Assembly: GCF_036365525.1 (NCBI RefSeq)
Contig: NC_090371.1
Span: 258,964,545-259,028,544, forward strand
DNA length: 64,000 nt
Direction: 5' to 3'
Source of the DNA: Heterodontus francisci
Taxonomy: Eukaryota
This document shows, one piece after another, positions 26,061-38,864 of the stretch. The stretch's first letter is position 1. Every line of letters begins with the position of its first letter. A model generated the notes under the pieces. The model was given only the letters and a program-made list of their open reading frames with translations, did not search any database and was not told the DNA's origin. A program made the translations under genes and the position numbers.

Positions 26061-26140
26061 ATTTTCTTGCAGCAGCCCGTGGGTTGTTTGATCTTAAAGT
26101 TGGTCAAAATGAGTGTAGTTGCTACTGTAGACTCTGAACT

Positions 26141-29100
26141 ACCTACAGGACAAGATCACACCTACTTTTGTGCCAATCTTGAGCCTTGCCGATTGATGCC
26201 TTCAACATTAACAACAAAATCAAGAGCAAATGGCTAAGGGAGTAAACCTGACAAAATCTGGAGTGGAGTCCCGTTAGGCGATTGGTATTTCCCTCAAGTT
26301 GGCACTTTCTGGCAACTCCTGCAACTGAATAGGCCCCAGACATATAGGCTTTCATCTTTCATCTGGACATTAGCCTATGAGGTCGAGAGGGGGATGCAGA
26401 TGCTAGGCTTATCTTGGCTAGGCTATGCAGCAAACAAAGAAAGGTAACCTTTCGGCTTGGAAGCTGGAATGTGAGGACTGTGTGTCCTGGAATTGACGGC
26501 AACCCACACTCCACAGCAAGTGAACACAAGACATCCCTGATTGACCATGAGCTACACAAAGCTTGGTGTCAACATTGCCGCTCTACAAGAAACCAGATTA
26601 GCCAACACAGACTCTATTCGAGAGGCTAATTACACCTTCTACTGGCATGTAAAGCATGCTGAAGATCACCGCGAACATGGTGTAGGCTTTGCATTGAGCA
26701 ACCGGGTGACACAATCCATTGGTCACCAGTAGCAACCTTGGAGCACCTCAGCTCCCCGTGGTTATCATCTGATGGAGGCACAGCCAACATCATATGTGTC
26801 TATGCACATCTGAATGCCAGCATCTCAGGTGACATTCTGAGGAACATCCCAAATGGTGAGAAACTATTCAGCCTGGGTGACTTCAATGCAAGTGTTGGGG
26901 CAGACAGTGATTCATGGCCAAAGTGCCTCGGTCGTCATGGGGTGGGCAAGATCAACGATAACGGACGATGCTTTCTTGAACTTTGTGCCCTGAATGAACA
27001 CTGCATCACCTTCTTCCAGGGCAGACATCACCACAAGGTATCATGGTGTCCCCCAAGGTCTGGTCGTTGGCACCAACTAAACCTATTCATCACGAGGAGG
27101 GGCCATCTGCCCAGTGTTCTTCACACCCGCACCTACCATAGTGCAGATTGTGACATCAACCACTCTCTTATCAGCAGCAGAGTGAAGGTGCACCCCCGAA
27201 AGTTCCACAGCTTCAAACACAACGCCACCCCGCCCACACATCAACATCCCTTGCATAAGCAATGATGCCAAATACATTGCACTGTCACGAGAACGCTAGA
27301 ATCAAACCCATAACGGGAAGCAGAAGCATCAATGCTGGCATCAATGAAGCTTGGACTAAGCTCAGTCATCTGTGAAGCAGCAGAAGCATCATTTGGTAAA
27401 GGCAAAATCTGTAACAAGGGCTGGTTTGAGACCTACTCAGCTGAGAGATCATTGATGCAAAAAACAAAGCCTATATGATGCACAACATAAACCCAACAGC
27501 CACGACACTACATGACCTGAAAGTAGCCGAGACAGCCGTGCAAAGGAAAAGGAGATACTGTACAAACAAACACTGGATCAGCTTATGTCAAAAAATCCAA
27601 ACTGTGTGTGACAAAGGAAGTCTATGAGCTATGTATGCAGGGATCAAGAGGGGGCTTGGCCCTGCCATTACCAAAATTGCTCCACTGAAGTCAGCACACT
27701 ATGAAATATTCATTAACAGAAGTAAATAGGTGTCCCGCTGGGCTGAAAACTTCTGTGAGCTGTACTCCCGGGAGCTGGACATCTCCCAGTCTCCGCTCAA
27801 TGCTCTCCCGCAACTTCCCGTGATAGGTGAATTAGATGAAGAATCCTCATCAGTGGAGCTCAAAAAGTCCATAGACCTCTTTGTGAATAGAAAGGCACAT
27901 GGCAAGGATGGAATCCCAGCCAAATGGCTCAAGCACAGAAAGTCCCATCTTCTCCTTCTCTGCTGGAAAGTAGGCTCTGTTCCACAGAAGATGGGTGATG
28001 CCAAAATCATCACACTATACAAAAACAAAGACGAGGGAGGAGACAATTGCAACAACCACCGGGGCATCTCACTTTTTAACAGCACAGGGAAGGCCTTTGC
28101 TAGGGTCATACTTAAAAGACTCCATTTACTGGCAGACCGAGTTTATCTGGAAGCACAGTGCGGTTTCCGTGCCCGCAGATGTACCATGAATATAATCTTC
28201 TCCATAGGTCAGCTACGAGAAGTGTAGGGAACAGAGTATACCCCTTTACCTTACTTTCATAGATCTCAGTAAGGCAATCAACGCCATCAGCAAAGCAGGG
28301 CTCTGCAAAATTGTGGGAAAAATTGGCTGTCCACCGAAGCTCCTCAATCTCATCTGCTCCTTCCATGACAACAAGTATTGCACTGTACAGTTTTATGGCT
28401 CCACTTCTGACAGTTTCAGAGTGAAGAATGGAGTGAAACAGGGTCATGCTGTAGCCTCCACTCTGTTTGGCATTTTCTTCTTTATGCTCCTGACCTTCAC
28501 CCTCCCTGCAGATATGGAAGGACTCTACTTGCACACTAGGTCAGATGGCAAGCTCTACAATCTATCAAGGTTGAAAGCGAAGACAAAGGCACATTACATC
28601 CTGAGCAGAAAACTCCTCTACACTGATGATGCTGCTCTAGTTGCTCACACGGAAACTCAGCCAGAAAGACTCATGGACTGTCTCCCCCGTGCCTGTAACT
28701 TGTTCTTCTTGACTATAAGCATCAAGAAAACCATGTTCTTGGGACAAGATGTTGCATCTCTGCCTTTGGTCATGCTAAATAACACCCCTCTGGAAGTGGT
28801 TAGCAGATTCTGCTACCTTGGGTCCATGATGACAGATAATCTGTCCCTTGATGCAGAGCTTGATACATGCATAGGAAAGGCAGCTACCACCTTTGTCTGT
28901 CTTGGGAAATGTGCATGGGATAACACCAAGCTGACCCTTGGGAACAAACTAATTGTTTATAAGCCTGTGTTCGCAGCACCTTGCTGTATGGCTGTGAAAC
29001 ATGGGTGACTTACAGCTACCAGGAAAAGAAGCGCAATAATTTCCATCTTCGCTGTCTTCAGCACATTATGGATATATACTGGCAGGACAAAATCACAATG

Positions 29101-29595
29101 TGACAGTCCTCTCAAAGTGTGTTGAACAAACAGAGGCAGCATCAGTGGATCAGACACTTCTGCAGAATGGAAGACAGTCGCATACCCAAGGACTTTCTGT
29201 ATAGTGAGGTAACCAGGGCCAGGTGACCAGTGGGGTGCCCAATGCTACGTTTCAAGAATGCTTGCAAGGATGACATGAAGATCTTAAATGTCAACTCTTA
29301 TACCTAAGAGTCACTAGCTGATGAAAGAGGGAAATGTTGACACATCCTGTGGACTGGTGTGCACTACCACGATGACCAGTTGCTACAGCAGCTTGGCAAC
29401 AGGCACCAAATTCAAAAAAAACAACTCACAGCATCACTTGGTAGCTTCACATGTGGCACTTGTGGCAGAACTTGCCTCTTGAGGATTGGTCTTCACAGCC
29501 ATCAGCAAAGGTGCACCAAGAGAAGACACCCCACCTAAATGGATTGTTTGCTGCCTGTCCATCATCTTTAGTAGATGGAAGGATGCCAGCCAACC
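26141..29595 (+). mobile_element. Near full-length RTE-clade LINE (APE plus RT), heavily disrupted; second subfamily
   Basis: LGSWNVRT, IAALQETR, LGDFNA, GVKQG, LLYTDD, FCYLGS and C-terminal CGTCGR; 12-bp TSD AG(A/T)CTCTGAACT at 26129-26140 and 29596-29607. Confidence 0.95.
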
Positions 29596-30799
29596 AGTCT
29601 CTGAACTGTAAAGAGTCTTATTTCGGTGCTGCAGCATGATAGGGTGAGAATGCCTTATTATCCAAGTTTTCATCATCAGTCAGTCTGGCAGTAATGTCTG
29701 AGTCATCTGATTCACCTAAAAAGAGATGAAAGGGATACGGATTAAGAAGGCGAGCATTAGCGGATCAGTTGCAACTCTAAGACACACCAGACTGTAGTAT
29801 TCAGGAGCTTAGTGAGTGTGTGACTGCAATTGTTAAGTAGAACAAGAAAAAGTAGGGAAGATGCCGACAAATGGTGCTAGGGTGGGTTGTTAGGTTTTTG
29901 CCCCCAATAGGGTTTTTACAGGATAATCCTTATCCAGAACCCTTTAAACAAGCTTGAAAACTAGGAAGGAGATATGTAATTGATGTTTTTTATTCATATT
30001 ACTCAATGCGCTAAGATTACTGGTGCAGACAATTACTCACATGAGGACTTATTAGGAAGGGTGTGTAGTTCTAATCTGCTTACACTGATTGTGTTATATA
30101 TTGTTATATCGTTCGTAAAGAGCTAGGAACTAATTGTTATGTGTAAGTGTGTTCCAGTGTGCCACATTCATTGCTGCACTGGTGTCATGTGATGTGTAAC
30201 ACTGCACCTGTCTAAATGAGTTTTACCAAAGAGCATGGACAGCTAAATGAAATACATAAAGAGCTCCAGCATGTCGAAGTCTAAAGTGCGATTATTTCTA
30301 ACTTATGAGGACCAGAATACATAATAACGTGGCAGCAGGTATCTGTGAGTAAGCCTAAAGCATTTTAAATGAATTTCATGCTGAATTAAATTGAAAAAAA
30401 TCAACCAAATTTGTGCCAGAGAGAGAGAGAAAAAAAACTGAGTGTAAAAGCGAAATGACCACCGCCACAGCAATGAATGCACTGGTACAGCCCGTAATCA
30501 ATTGGGAAGCTGATGATGTCATAGAGGCATTTGAAAAGTTCAAACAAAAGTGCAGATTGATAGTCAGTAGTTTTCTAAAAGGCGTTAGCAAAGAAGAGAG
30601 GGTCAGCTATATCCTTCTGTGGGCAGGAGATAAAGGATTAAATTTATTTAGTAGCTGGGAGCTGAGTTAAAATGACAGCAGAAACCCAAATAAAATCTTT
30701 GAAAAATTCAGCACTTATTGGAATCAGAAGTAAAGAAAATCTGGTACAAATGTACCCAGAGTGTTTTGATGAGACGCTTGGATGCTTTGAACATTTTCA

Positions 30800-30922
30800 G
30801 GAGAATTGTGGGGATGTGAAAGGGAAATGGGATGAATGTAGGGTTAGTATAATGGGTTGATGGTTGGCACAGACTCGATGGGCCAAAGGGCCTGTTTCAG
30901 TGCTGTATCTCTCTATGACTCT
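30800..30922 (+). mobile_element. 3' tail of an HE1-like SINE inserted in Gypsy pol
   Basis: GATGGGCCAAAGGGCCTGTTTCAGTGCTGTATCTCT matches the tail of the SINE at 43394-43730. Confidence 0.75.
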
Positions 30923-31725
30923 ATTGACCCAGCGATGAAGCCAATGATTCATCCCCTACGTAAAGTACCAATAGAACTAAAAGGAAAGCTTGAAAGAGAG
31001 CTCCAAGAAATGGAAGAGAAGAAGTTGATTGCTAGAGTCACAGATCCTACAGATTGGGTAAATTCCCTCCTGGTGAGAGAGAAGTTAAGTGGATGGCTAA
31101 GAATTTACCTGGATACCAAAGATCTTAATCAAGCCATAAAGAGGAATCACTGCCTATTCCAACACCGGGAGCTTGATGCCAGAAATGGCTATTGGAATGC
31201 AAAGCTTGACAAGGAAAATTTGCCATTAACAACATTCAACACAAGCTTTGGATGATACAAATTCCTGCATCTACCTTTTGGCCTTAAAGCAAGCCAGGAT
31301 GTGTTCCAGCAGAAAGTAGACAAGACAGTCTGAGGATGTAAAAGAGCAGTCGGCATAGCTGATGATATCCAGATATATGGTGTAGATGGAAAAGATCATA
31401 ACTCCTATCTATATGAAGTCTTGGAGGTAACCAGGAAAGCTGGGATCAAGCTAAACATAGACAAATGCATTGTGAAGGTGACAGAATGCCAGTACTTTGG
31501 AATGGTGTACACAGCTGATGGAGTCAAGCTGAGTCCTGAAAGAATCTCAGTTTTCTCTGGGATGGAAACCCAAGAGATAAGAGAGAGTTGAGAAGTTTCA
31601 TTGGCTTGATCCAATACATGAGCTCCTTCATACAGCGTATGTCAGAACACACAGCAAACCTGCAGGAGTTGATGAAAGAAGATGTAGAGTACAAGTGATC
31701 AGAGTCACACGACAGGAGTTTCAAC

Positions 31726-32803
31726 TGTCATGATAGCTATGCCTAATGATGATCTTTTAATCCACTGGCAGGAAACCTGAATTAAACTTAAAAGGACAAG
31801 AAATAGATAAAAGGTCACTTTGCTAGCAGCTAAGATGGCCACCCTAATTTGCATCACTATACTCCACATTCCAATGCATCGAGGTGGAGATGATTTGTCT
31901 GCCCAGACCTAGCTAGAACAATGACCTGGGGAATATGAGTGAACTACCTATCCTGCTCCTATTAGCAGGACATTCAGACTATCACTTGGACATTAAAATG
32001 GTGGAGACGAACCACTCAAACCTAATCACTTGAACAATGGGACTCTGGTTGAGAGGAGGGAATTCCTATACATGAACTGATTAAGTTGCAAGAGGGAATA
32101 CACACAGGTTGAATCACTGGGTGACAGTCATGTGACAGACCCACCATCTGTGTGCTTAAGCTGGTGGTTTTCTCTGCAGCAGCCAGACAAACAACTAGAG
32201 ATTGACTAGTGAAGACCGAACCGGGGTCCCTCCTCTCTCTTGCTCTCCAGTCCACCTTACAAGCTTCAAACCCTGCATGCTGGCTATAACCACCTAAGCC
32301 TATCACTGCTGCAGACAGTGACCCCATGAAGGAAGTCATCCACATCACTGTTTCCAAGAGAACCACCAAATCAGCTGTCCACATGCACAAACTGCAAGCC
32401 TCAGGACCACCAAATATACCCTGAAGCCAGCTGAGTCACCAACCTCCACAGATGTATACCGCCTTTTTGTTTCTCTGGACGCTAATCCAACCAATTTATC
32501 CTTCCCTGCTCTCTAACTATTTGTGTGTGTGTGTGAACCTTGAGTGTATGTGTGTATGAAAGTTGGAGTGTAGTTTATTAGTTTACTTAGATTGGTTTAA
32601 GTACAATAAAGCTAAACTCTTTCTTTGTTAAACTCAAGAAAACCTGTCCAATTGGTTCTTTTTATGATTGTAGCATGTAAATAGTTAAACACTCACGTAA
32701 TTAGCAAGTATATCCATTTTAAAAAGCAAATTACCCTGTTGTGGTCAAACAAGGAGAGGGAAAAGAAGGAAGCCCTTTAACCTGTCCTCACCTGATCATA
32801 ACA
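31726..32803 (+). mobile_element. Solo LTR nested in Gypsy pol
   Basis: TGTCATGAT...ATCATAACA termini; perfect 4-bp TSD CAAC; AATAAA near 32605. Confidence 0.9.
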
Positions 32804-33613
32804 CAACAAACTCAAAAAGGTAGTATGCAAGGAGACAAGTCTGTCATACTATGATAGAAAGAAACCTGTCATTCTGCAAGTAGATGTTTCTACAAAAGGA
32901 CTGGGAGCAGCCCTAGTACAAGAAAGAAAGCATTTGCATCCAAAGCTCTAACTCAGCTGAGACCAGATATGCCAACATAGAAAGAGAGGTTTTGGCAGTC
33001 GTGTATGGATGTGAGAAGTTCCATAAATATCTCTATGTAAGAGAGTGCATAGCGGACAATGATCATAGTGGAGAGTGATCATCATCTGCTGGAGCAGATC
33101 TACAAGAAAAATCAATGTAAAACATCAGCAAGACTGCTGAGGTTACTCTTGAGGCTTCAGAGTTACGATTTCAGTCTGAAATACAAGCCAGGAAGAGAAA
33201 TAGTGCTGGTAGATCCCCTATCTCCGATATCGCCACAGGAGAAACACAAGATAAAAGATCTAGGTATGAAAATTCATCACCTGGTGAACATAACACCATT
33301 GAAACTGAGTCAAATTAGAGATGAGATCAGCAAAGATGAGGAGTTACAGATATGCTCTCAGCAAGTGATCCAGGGATGGTCTGATAAAATACAGCACACA
33401 CAGCCAGCAATACGGCAGTACTGGTCTATCAGAGGTGACATGTCACTAGAAGGTGATGTTCTGCTAAATTGATCCAGAATAATCATATCCAAAACAATGC
33501 AGGAAGAACTTCTCCAGAAGATACATGAAGGCTACATGTGACTGGAGAAGTGTAAACTCAGAGCCAGATCAGCTGTGTACTGGATAGGCAGATACAAAGA
33601 CATCGAAAATATG

Positions 33614-34386
33614 GGGCTGCATTTTTTAAAAAAGGTGCAGCACACGTGTGACTTGTGAGCAATTGAGCCCCCACGATATTTTATGCAGGGGCGCATTCAA
33701 ATGGAGGCGGCGGAACAGCTGCCCCTGATGATGTCATTGGGGGGCGGCTGCACCATCCCCGACAATGGCATCTGGTGCCACCGTGCAGGTGCCAGCGCCA
33801 TTTTTAAAAGGCTTCGAGCTCTTACCGGCAGTTTAAATTTTTAAAGAGAACAGAACTTTTAATTTAAATAAAACAGTCAATCAAACATCAAAGCCCCTCT
33901 TCCATCCCCCGTCAATGACCAAGTAAGATATTTGTTTCCCTCTCCGCCCCAAAAACCATTTTCGCCAGTACCGACCTCTTACCCCCAAACTTTATCATCT
34001 TTGACCTTCAACCTCTTCCCACCATTCCCTCAGCCAATGGAAACAGTTTTCCCCACTCCCCCGCCCCCTCCTGCCCTGAAAATTTCATTCCTCTCCCTTC
34101 CCTACCAATGTCACACCATGGAATATCGGCGTGGGACGGCTGTCGTTACCAGGTAAGTCATTATTCTTTAATTTTAATGCCTTTTGCATATTCAGATGAA
34201 GGCTGCGCCGCTAAGCGCAGTGGGGTGGGGGTGGGTGCGGGGGTGGCAACACCGAGGCCTCGCCGCCGCCGGTAAAATGCGGCGGGGCCTTCCCGACGTT
34301 AGGGGTCGTGGCAGGCCTCTCCTGGAAGAATTTTCCGGGACCCCCACCATGACCCCCAATGTCAGAGGGCTAGTAAAATTCAGCCT
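33614..34386. mobile_element. Harbinger-type MITE in the Gypsy integrase zinc finger
   Basis: TIRs GGGCTGCATTTT / AAAATTCAGCCT; perfect ATG TSD; removing it restores IENM-LSTCNVCQKY. Confidence 0.9.
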
Positions 34387-36050
34387 ATGCTGTCTACATG
34401 CAATGTATGCCAGAAGTACAGAAACACACAGCAGAAAGAGGAGATGATGGGCACTGAAGTACCACCTAGATCATGGCATACTGTAGGAGCCCATTTATTC
34501 ACACATAATCGAGAACGGTATCTCATAGTTGCAGACTAATACTCAAAGTTCCCTTTTATCCGGAAGGTGAAAAACATGAGAGCTCCAACAATCATCTCAG
34601 CAATACGAGTTCTGTTCACTGAGCAAAGGATTCCTGAAAAATTAATGTGAAAATGGCACCCAATTCACCTCCAGAGAATTTATAGAATTCACTGAACAGT
34701 GTGGATTCAACACCATCACCTCATTGCCACACTACCCATGGGGACACGGGTTTATAGAAAGACACGTCCAGACAGTCAAAAGAACCCTTGCGAAATGCCG
34801 AGAGACGAAGGAAGACACAAACCTGGCCTTATTGTCACTCCAATCCACATCTCTCAAAGCTGACATGAAATCACCTGCAGAACTGTTAAATGGAAGAAAG
34901 TATAAGACAACTCTGCCAAGCAAAATACATCCTTCAAGTGACCAGGAGGAAGTGAGACAGCAACTCCCTGAAGCACAGATAGAGGCAGGTCAACACTTCA
35001 ACAAGCATGCTAAATCCGTACCTGATCTGTTGAAAGGACAAACTGTACACGTACAGGATCCAATCATGAAAACCAGGAGCCCAGCAAAAGTTGTTGATGA
35101 AGCTGAGACTCCAAGGTCATATATCATTGAGAACGAAACCGGTAAGCAACTGAGAAGGAACAGAGTTCATATTCAACCTACACCTGAGCTGGAAAACAGA
35201 AAAGGGCATCAACAACACCGGAAACATCACTATCCAGCGAGACTTCAACAACGCCACCAGCAAGTGACACAACATCAGCAACAACAAGCATAACTCCTAC
35301 AACACCAGGAGCACAACATCGCCTGTGCAGCATGCTAACTCATCGCTGAGAGCAACTAATGCCAAGTCTGCAAGATGAAGGCACAACATCCTTCCAGCTA
35401 AAAATACCGTGAATAATATTTTTAGTAAAGAAAACAAGCTATAAAAGACTCTAAAAGGGGTTTGGTTTATTTTTAAAAGCCAATTGTTAATCTTTTGTTT
35501 CGAAAAAAAGTTAATGATATTGATCTAGAGGCATTTTTTTTAAGAAAGAGAGATGTTAGACATTGTTATACCATTCATAAAGAGCTAGGAACTAATTAGC
35601 TAGGAACTAATTGTTATGTGTAAGTGTGTTCCAATGTGCCACATTCACTGCTATACTGGTATCATGTTATGCATAACACTGCACCAATCCAAGCATTTTG
35701 GACAGCTACATAAAATATACAGAGAACTCCAGCATTTCCAAGCCTAAAGTGTGATTATTTCTACCTTATGGGAACCTGAAGACAACAGATTGAGCTGAAA
35801 GTTTAAGTCCAAACTAAGTTTTTTGTGTGTCGTCTTTTTATAGTCTTAGTACCCTCTTGCTAACGTGATGAAAACATGTCAACAAGTTCTAATTTTTTTT
35901 ATTAATATGTAACATGTTAACCTATTAAGTTACCTTGTAAACTATATATTTCTGTAAAGTGAGTCTGCATGACACTATCCAAAGGATCATCCTCCGCCAT
36001 TTCCGCTACCTCCAGCGTGATGCCACTACCAAACGCATCTTCCCCTCCCT

Positions 36051-36554
36051 ATGTCAGCATTCCGAAGGAAGTATTCCCTCCGTGACACCCTGGTCCACTC
36101 CTCCATTACCCCCACCATCTTGTCCCCTTCCCATGGCACCTACCCCTGCAATTGCATGAGGTGTAATACCTGCACATTTACCTCCTCTCTCCTCACTATC
36201 CCAGGCCCCAAACACTCTTTTCAGGTGAAGCAGCGATTTACTTGTACTTCTTTCAATGTAGTATACTGTATTCGCTGCTCACAATGTGGTCTCCTCTACA
36301 TTGGGGAGACCAAACGCAGACTGGGTGACCGCTTTGTGGAACACCTCCGCTCAGTCCGCAAGCAGGACCCCGAGCTTCCGGTTGCTTGCCATTTCAACAC
36401 TCCCCCCTGCTCTCATGCTCACATCTCTGTCATGGGATTGCTGCAGTGTTCCAGTGAATATCAACGCAAGCTTGAGGAACAGCATCTCATTTACCGATTA
36501 GGCACACTACAGCCTGCCGGACTGAACATTGAGTTCAATAATTTCAGAGCATGA
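36051..36554 (+). CDS. Penelope GIY-YIG endonuclease domain (open fragment of a truncated ORF)
   Basis: CNCMRCNTC...NVVYCIRCSQCGLLYIGETKRRLGDRFVEH...VACHF...EQHLIYRLGTLQPAGLN. Confidence 0.9.
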   Translation: MSAFRRKYSLRDTLVHSSITPTILSPSHGTYPCNCMRCNTCTFTSSLLTIPGPKHSFQVKQRFTCTSFNVVYCIRCSQCGLLYIGETKRRLGDRFVEHLRSVRKQDPELPVACHFNTPPCSHAHISVMGLLQCSSEYQRKLEEQHLIYRLGTLQPAGLNIEFNNFRA

Positions 36555-36891
36555 CAGGCCCCCCATTTTACTTTTAATTTTAGTTATTTTTTCTTTTTCC
36601 TCTTTTTAATATATTTTTTGTGTTTATTTTATTTTATTTCATCTTAGTTTGTTCAGTTTGCTTACCCACTGTTTTTTTTTTCATGTTTTTACTTGCGGCT
36701 GTTCAATTTTCAGTCCGTTAACACCCTATCTGTACTAATGCTTTGTCTTTGAACATACCATTAACCTATTGTTTGCCTTTGCTCCACGACCTTCTGGTCA
36801 GCTATTCTGTGACCTTGTCCTATCTACACCTTCTCCTTTGTTATCTCTTGCCCCACCCCCACTTTACTTGCTTATAAACTTTTCACTGAAA

Positions 36892-36928
36892 AGTTCTGAA
36901 GAAGGGTCACTGACCTGAAACGTTAACT
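36892..36928 (+). ncRNA. Minimal type I hammerhead ribozyme motif of the Penelope pLTR
   Basis: AGTT-CTGAAGA-AGGGTCACTGACCT-GAAA-CGTT-AACT: core CUGANGA and GAAA, helix I AGTT/AACT, palindromic helix III. Confidence 0.8.
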
Positions 36929-37776
36929 CTGTTTCTCTCTCCACAGATGCTGCCAGACCTGCTGAGTATTTCCAGCATTTCTTGTTTTTATTGCATGACA
37001 CTATCATTGTTTGTATCACAGTTTGTACTATACTATAACATCCTTTCTGATGGTCTTAATAACATTGTTGTATTCAGTTCATCTACTGACTGTCTGGCTC
37101 AGTGCCTAGAGCATATCAGAGGCTATTTTCACTGGATACTTTAAGCACTAATGAGACTATGAGGTGGCCAAGATTCGGTCATGAGCAGCAATGCTGGGCT
37201 AGCCTGGCTTTAGTGCAAAAAGCCATCTTGGTAAAGCAGTTTAAGCAGGCACTGTGACCAAACACCTCGAGGATGATTAAGGCTCTGATGGCCAATTAAA
37301 GTGATTCCTAATGTTCATTAAAGAAGTTGCAGACCATTTTGCTGGCTTGCACTGCAATTACTGATTTCTCCTAACAGTGACCAGCTGAACAGGAGTAAAG
37401 AAATCATTGGTGAGAATTGCAAGTGATACTTAAAACCATGCTCAACTTTCACTGTTCACGTGCTGCTGAAGATCGACTGACTGCACTGTATTTGAAAAGG
37501 ACTTTTGATACATATTGAGAAACCTTCAGGGACACTTTGTCAGAACTTCACCAACTTCAATCAATATTTATTCATCTAAAGAGAGTGTGTGCTTTGCTAC
37601 CCTGCCTTACTGGAAATCTTATAGCTGCTACCAGGACAAAGGCAGTACTTGGTTATGGGGATCTTGCTAGGGGTCTCCCTTGGTCTGGACCAGGAATGGG
37701 AGGAGGCGATACGGCCAAGCAAAGCAGTACCAGCTGCTAGAGACGAGAGGGAAAAGAGGAACAGGAGGGCGAGTGT

Positions 37777-38864
37777 TGTGGAGAAACTAACCACTCTCGA
37801 GTCCTCGGGATTAAAGTAAATAAAGGTTTTATTCAAGCACGGTGCAAGGGAGAAATATCTAGAATATCTAGGGCTGTCTTACGAGGAAAGATTGGACAGG
37901 CTGTATCTGCTGGCATTTAGAAGAGTAAGAGGCAACTTGATTGAAACATATAAGACCCTGAGGGATCTTGACAGGGTGGATGTGGAAAGGCTGTTTCCCC
38001 TTGTGGGAGAATCTAGAACTAGAGGTCACTGTTTAAAAAATAAGGGGTCGCCCATTTAAGACAGAGATGAGGAGAAATTTTTTCTGAGAGTCGTGAGTCT
38101 TTGGAATTCTCTTCCTCAAAAGGTGGTGGAAGCAGAGTCTTTGAATATTTTTAAGGCAGAGGTAGATTGATTCTTGATATGCAAGGGGGTGGAAGGTTAT
38201 CGGGGGTAGGTGGAAATGTGGAGTAATCGGTTCAGCCATGAACTTATTAAATGGTGGAGCAGGCTCAAAGGGCAAAGTGGCCTACTCCTGCTCCTAATTC
38301 GTATGTTCATCCAGAGCATTCTCGGTGAAATAGAATTTGAAACACACATTTATAGGATACAATCACCATTACTCATTTGTTCACACTATCCCGACACATT
38401 CCAGGTTTACAGCATGATCAATAAACTGAATTGTATTGCCCCACTGAAACTCTCCTGTCACCTCCTCCCCTGCCTTGAAGCTGGCAGCTCCGCTGGTTTA
38501 TGGCATCCTGTTCCATCTGCAGTCGTACCCTTATCTCTTTGATTAGTGAAGCAAAGACAGCATGTTTACACAGATGTGGAGGCAATTAGGCTCTGGGTTG
38601 TACAACTTTCCCAGAACCATGGCCATGTATCCCATCATGCCCAGGCTCCGCACAACTACAGTGTTTCCATATTCCCTCTAAGACTGTTAACGTATCCTAA
38701 TGCTAAATAATCAACGAATGTTGCCCTACTAGTCCCACTTCAGTGAGGAGGGCTTTGGATTCTTGGTGACTTGCTGCATATTCCAAAATCTGGGAATCAC
38801 AAGAGACTGGCTATTATCACCAATTCCACCACTACCCAATTACAATAATCATTCTTTATCTACA
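37777..38864 (-). mobile_element. Probable solo LTR interrupted by a CR1 3' fragment
   Basis: TGTGGAGA...TATCTACA termini; minus-strand AATAAA near 37828; no TSD found. Confidence 0.45.
37865..38308 (+). mobile_element. CR1 LINE 3' fragment
   Basis: GNLIETYK, RVVSLWNSLP and a CR1-type 3' UTR. Confidence 0.85.

Larger units (their letters stand above)
30092..35787 (+). mobile_element. Gypsy/Ty3 LTR retrotransposon, internally deleted, with short LTRs (30092-~30324 and 35554-35787)
   Basis: 5-bp TSD GATTG on both sides; PPT AAGAAAGAGAGA; gag N-terminus at 30452-30720; RT (PTDWVNSL, LDARNGYW, IADD); RNase H (YANIERE, ESDH); integrase (CNVCQKY, GFIERHVQTVKR, SPAELL). Domain order RT-RH-IN. Confidence 0.95.
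35980..36991 (+). mobile_element. 5'-truncated Penelope-like element (GIY-YIG plus pseudo-LTR)
   Basis: 14-bp TSD TGCATGACACTATC at 35966-35979 and 36992-37005; GIY-YIG ORF; hammerhead motif. Confidence 0.93.

Noticed and set aside
26141-26400. Possible HDV-like ribozyme in the RTE 5' UTR
   Set aside because: I could not identify the nested double pseudoknot by eye.
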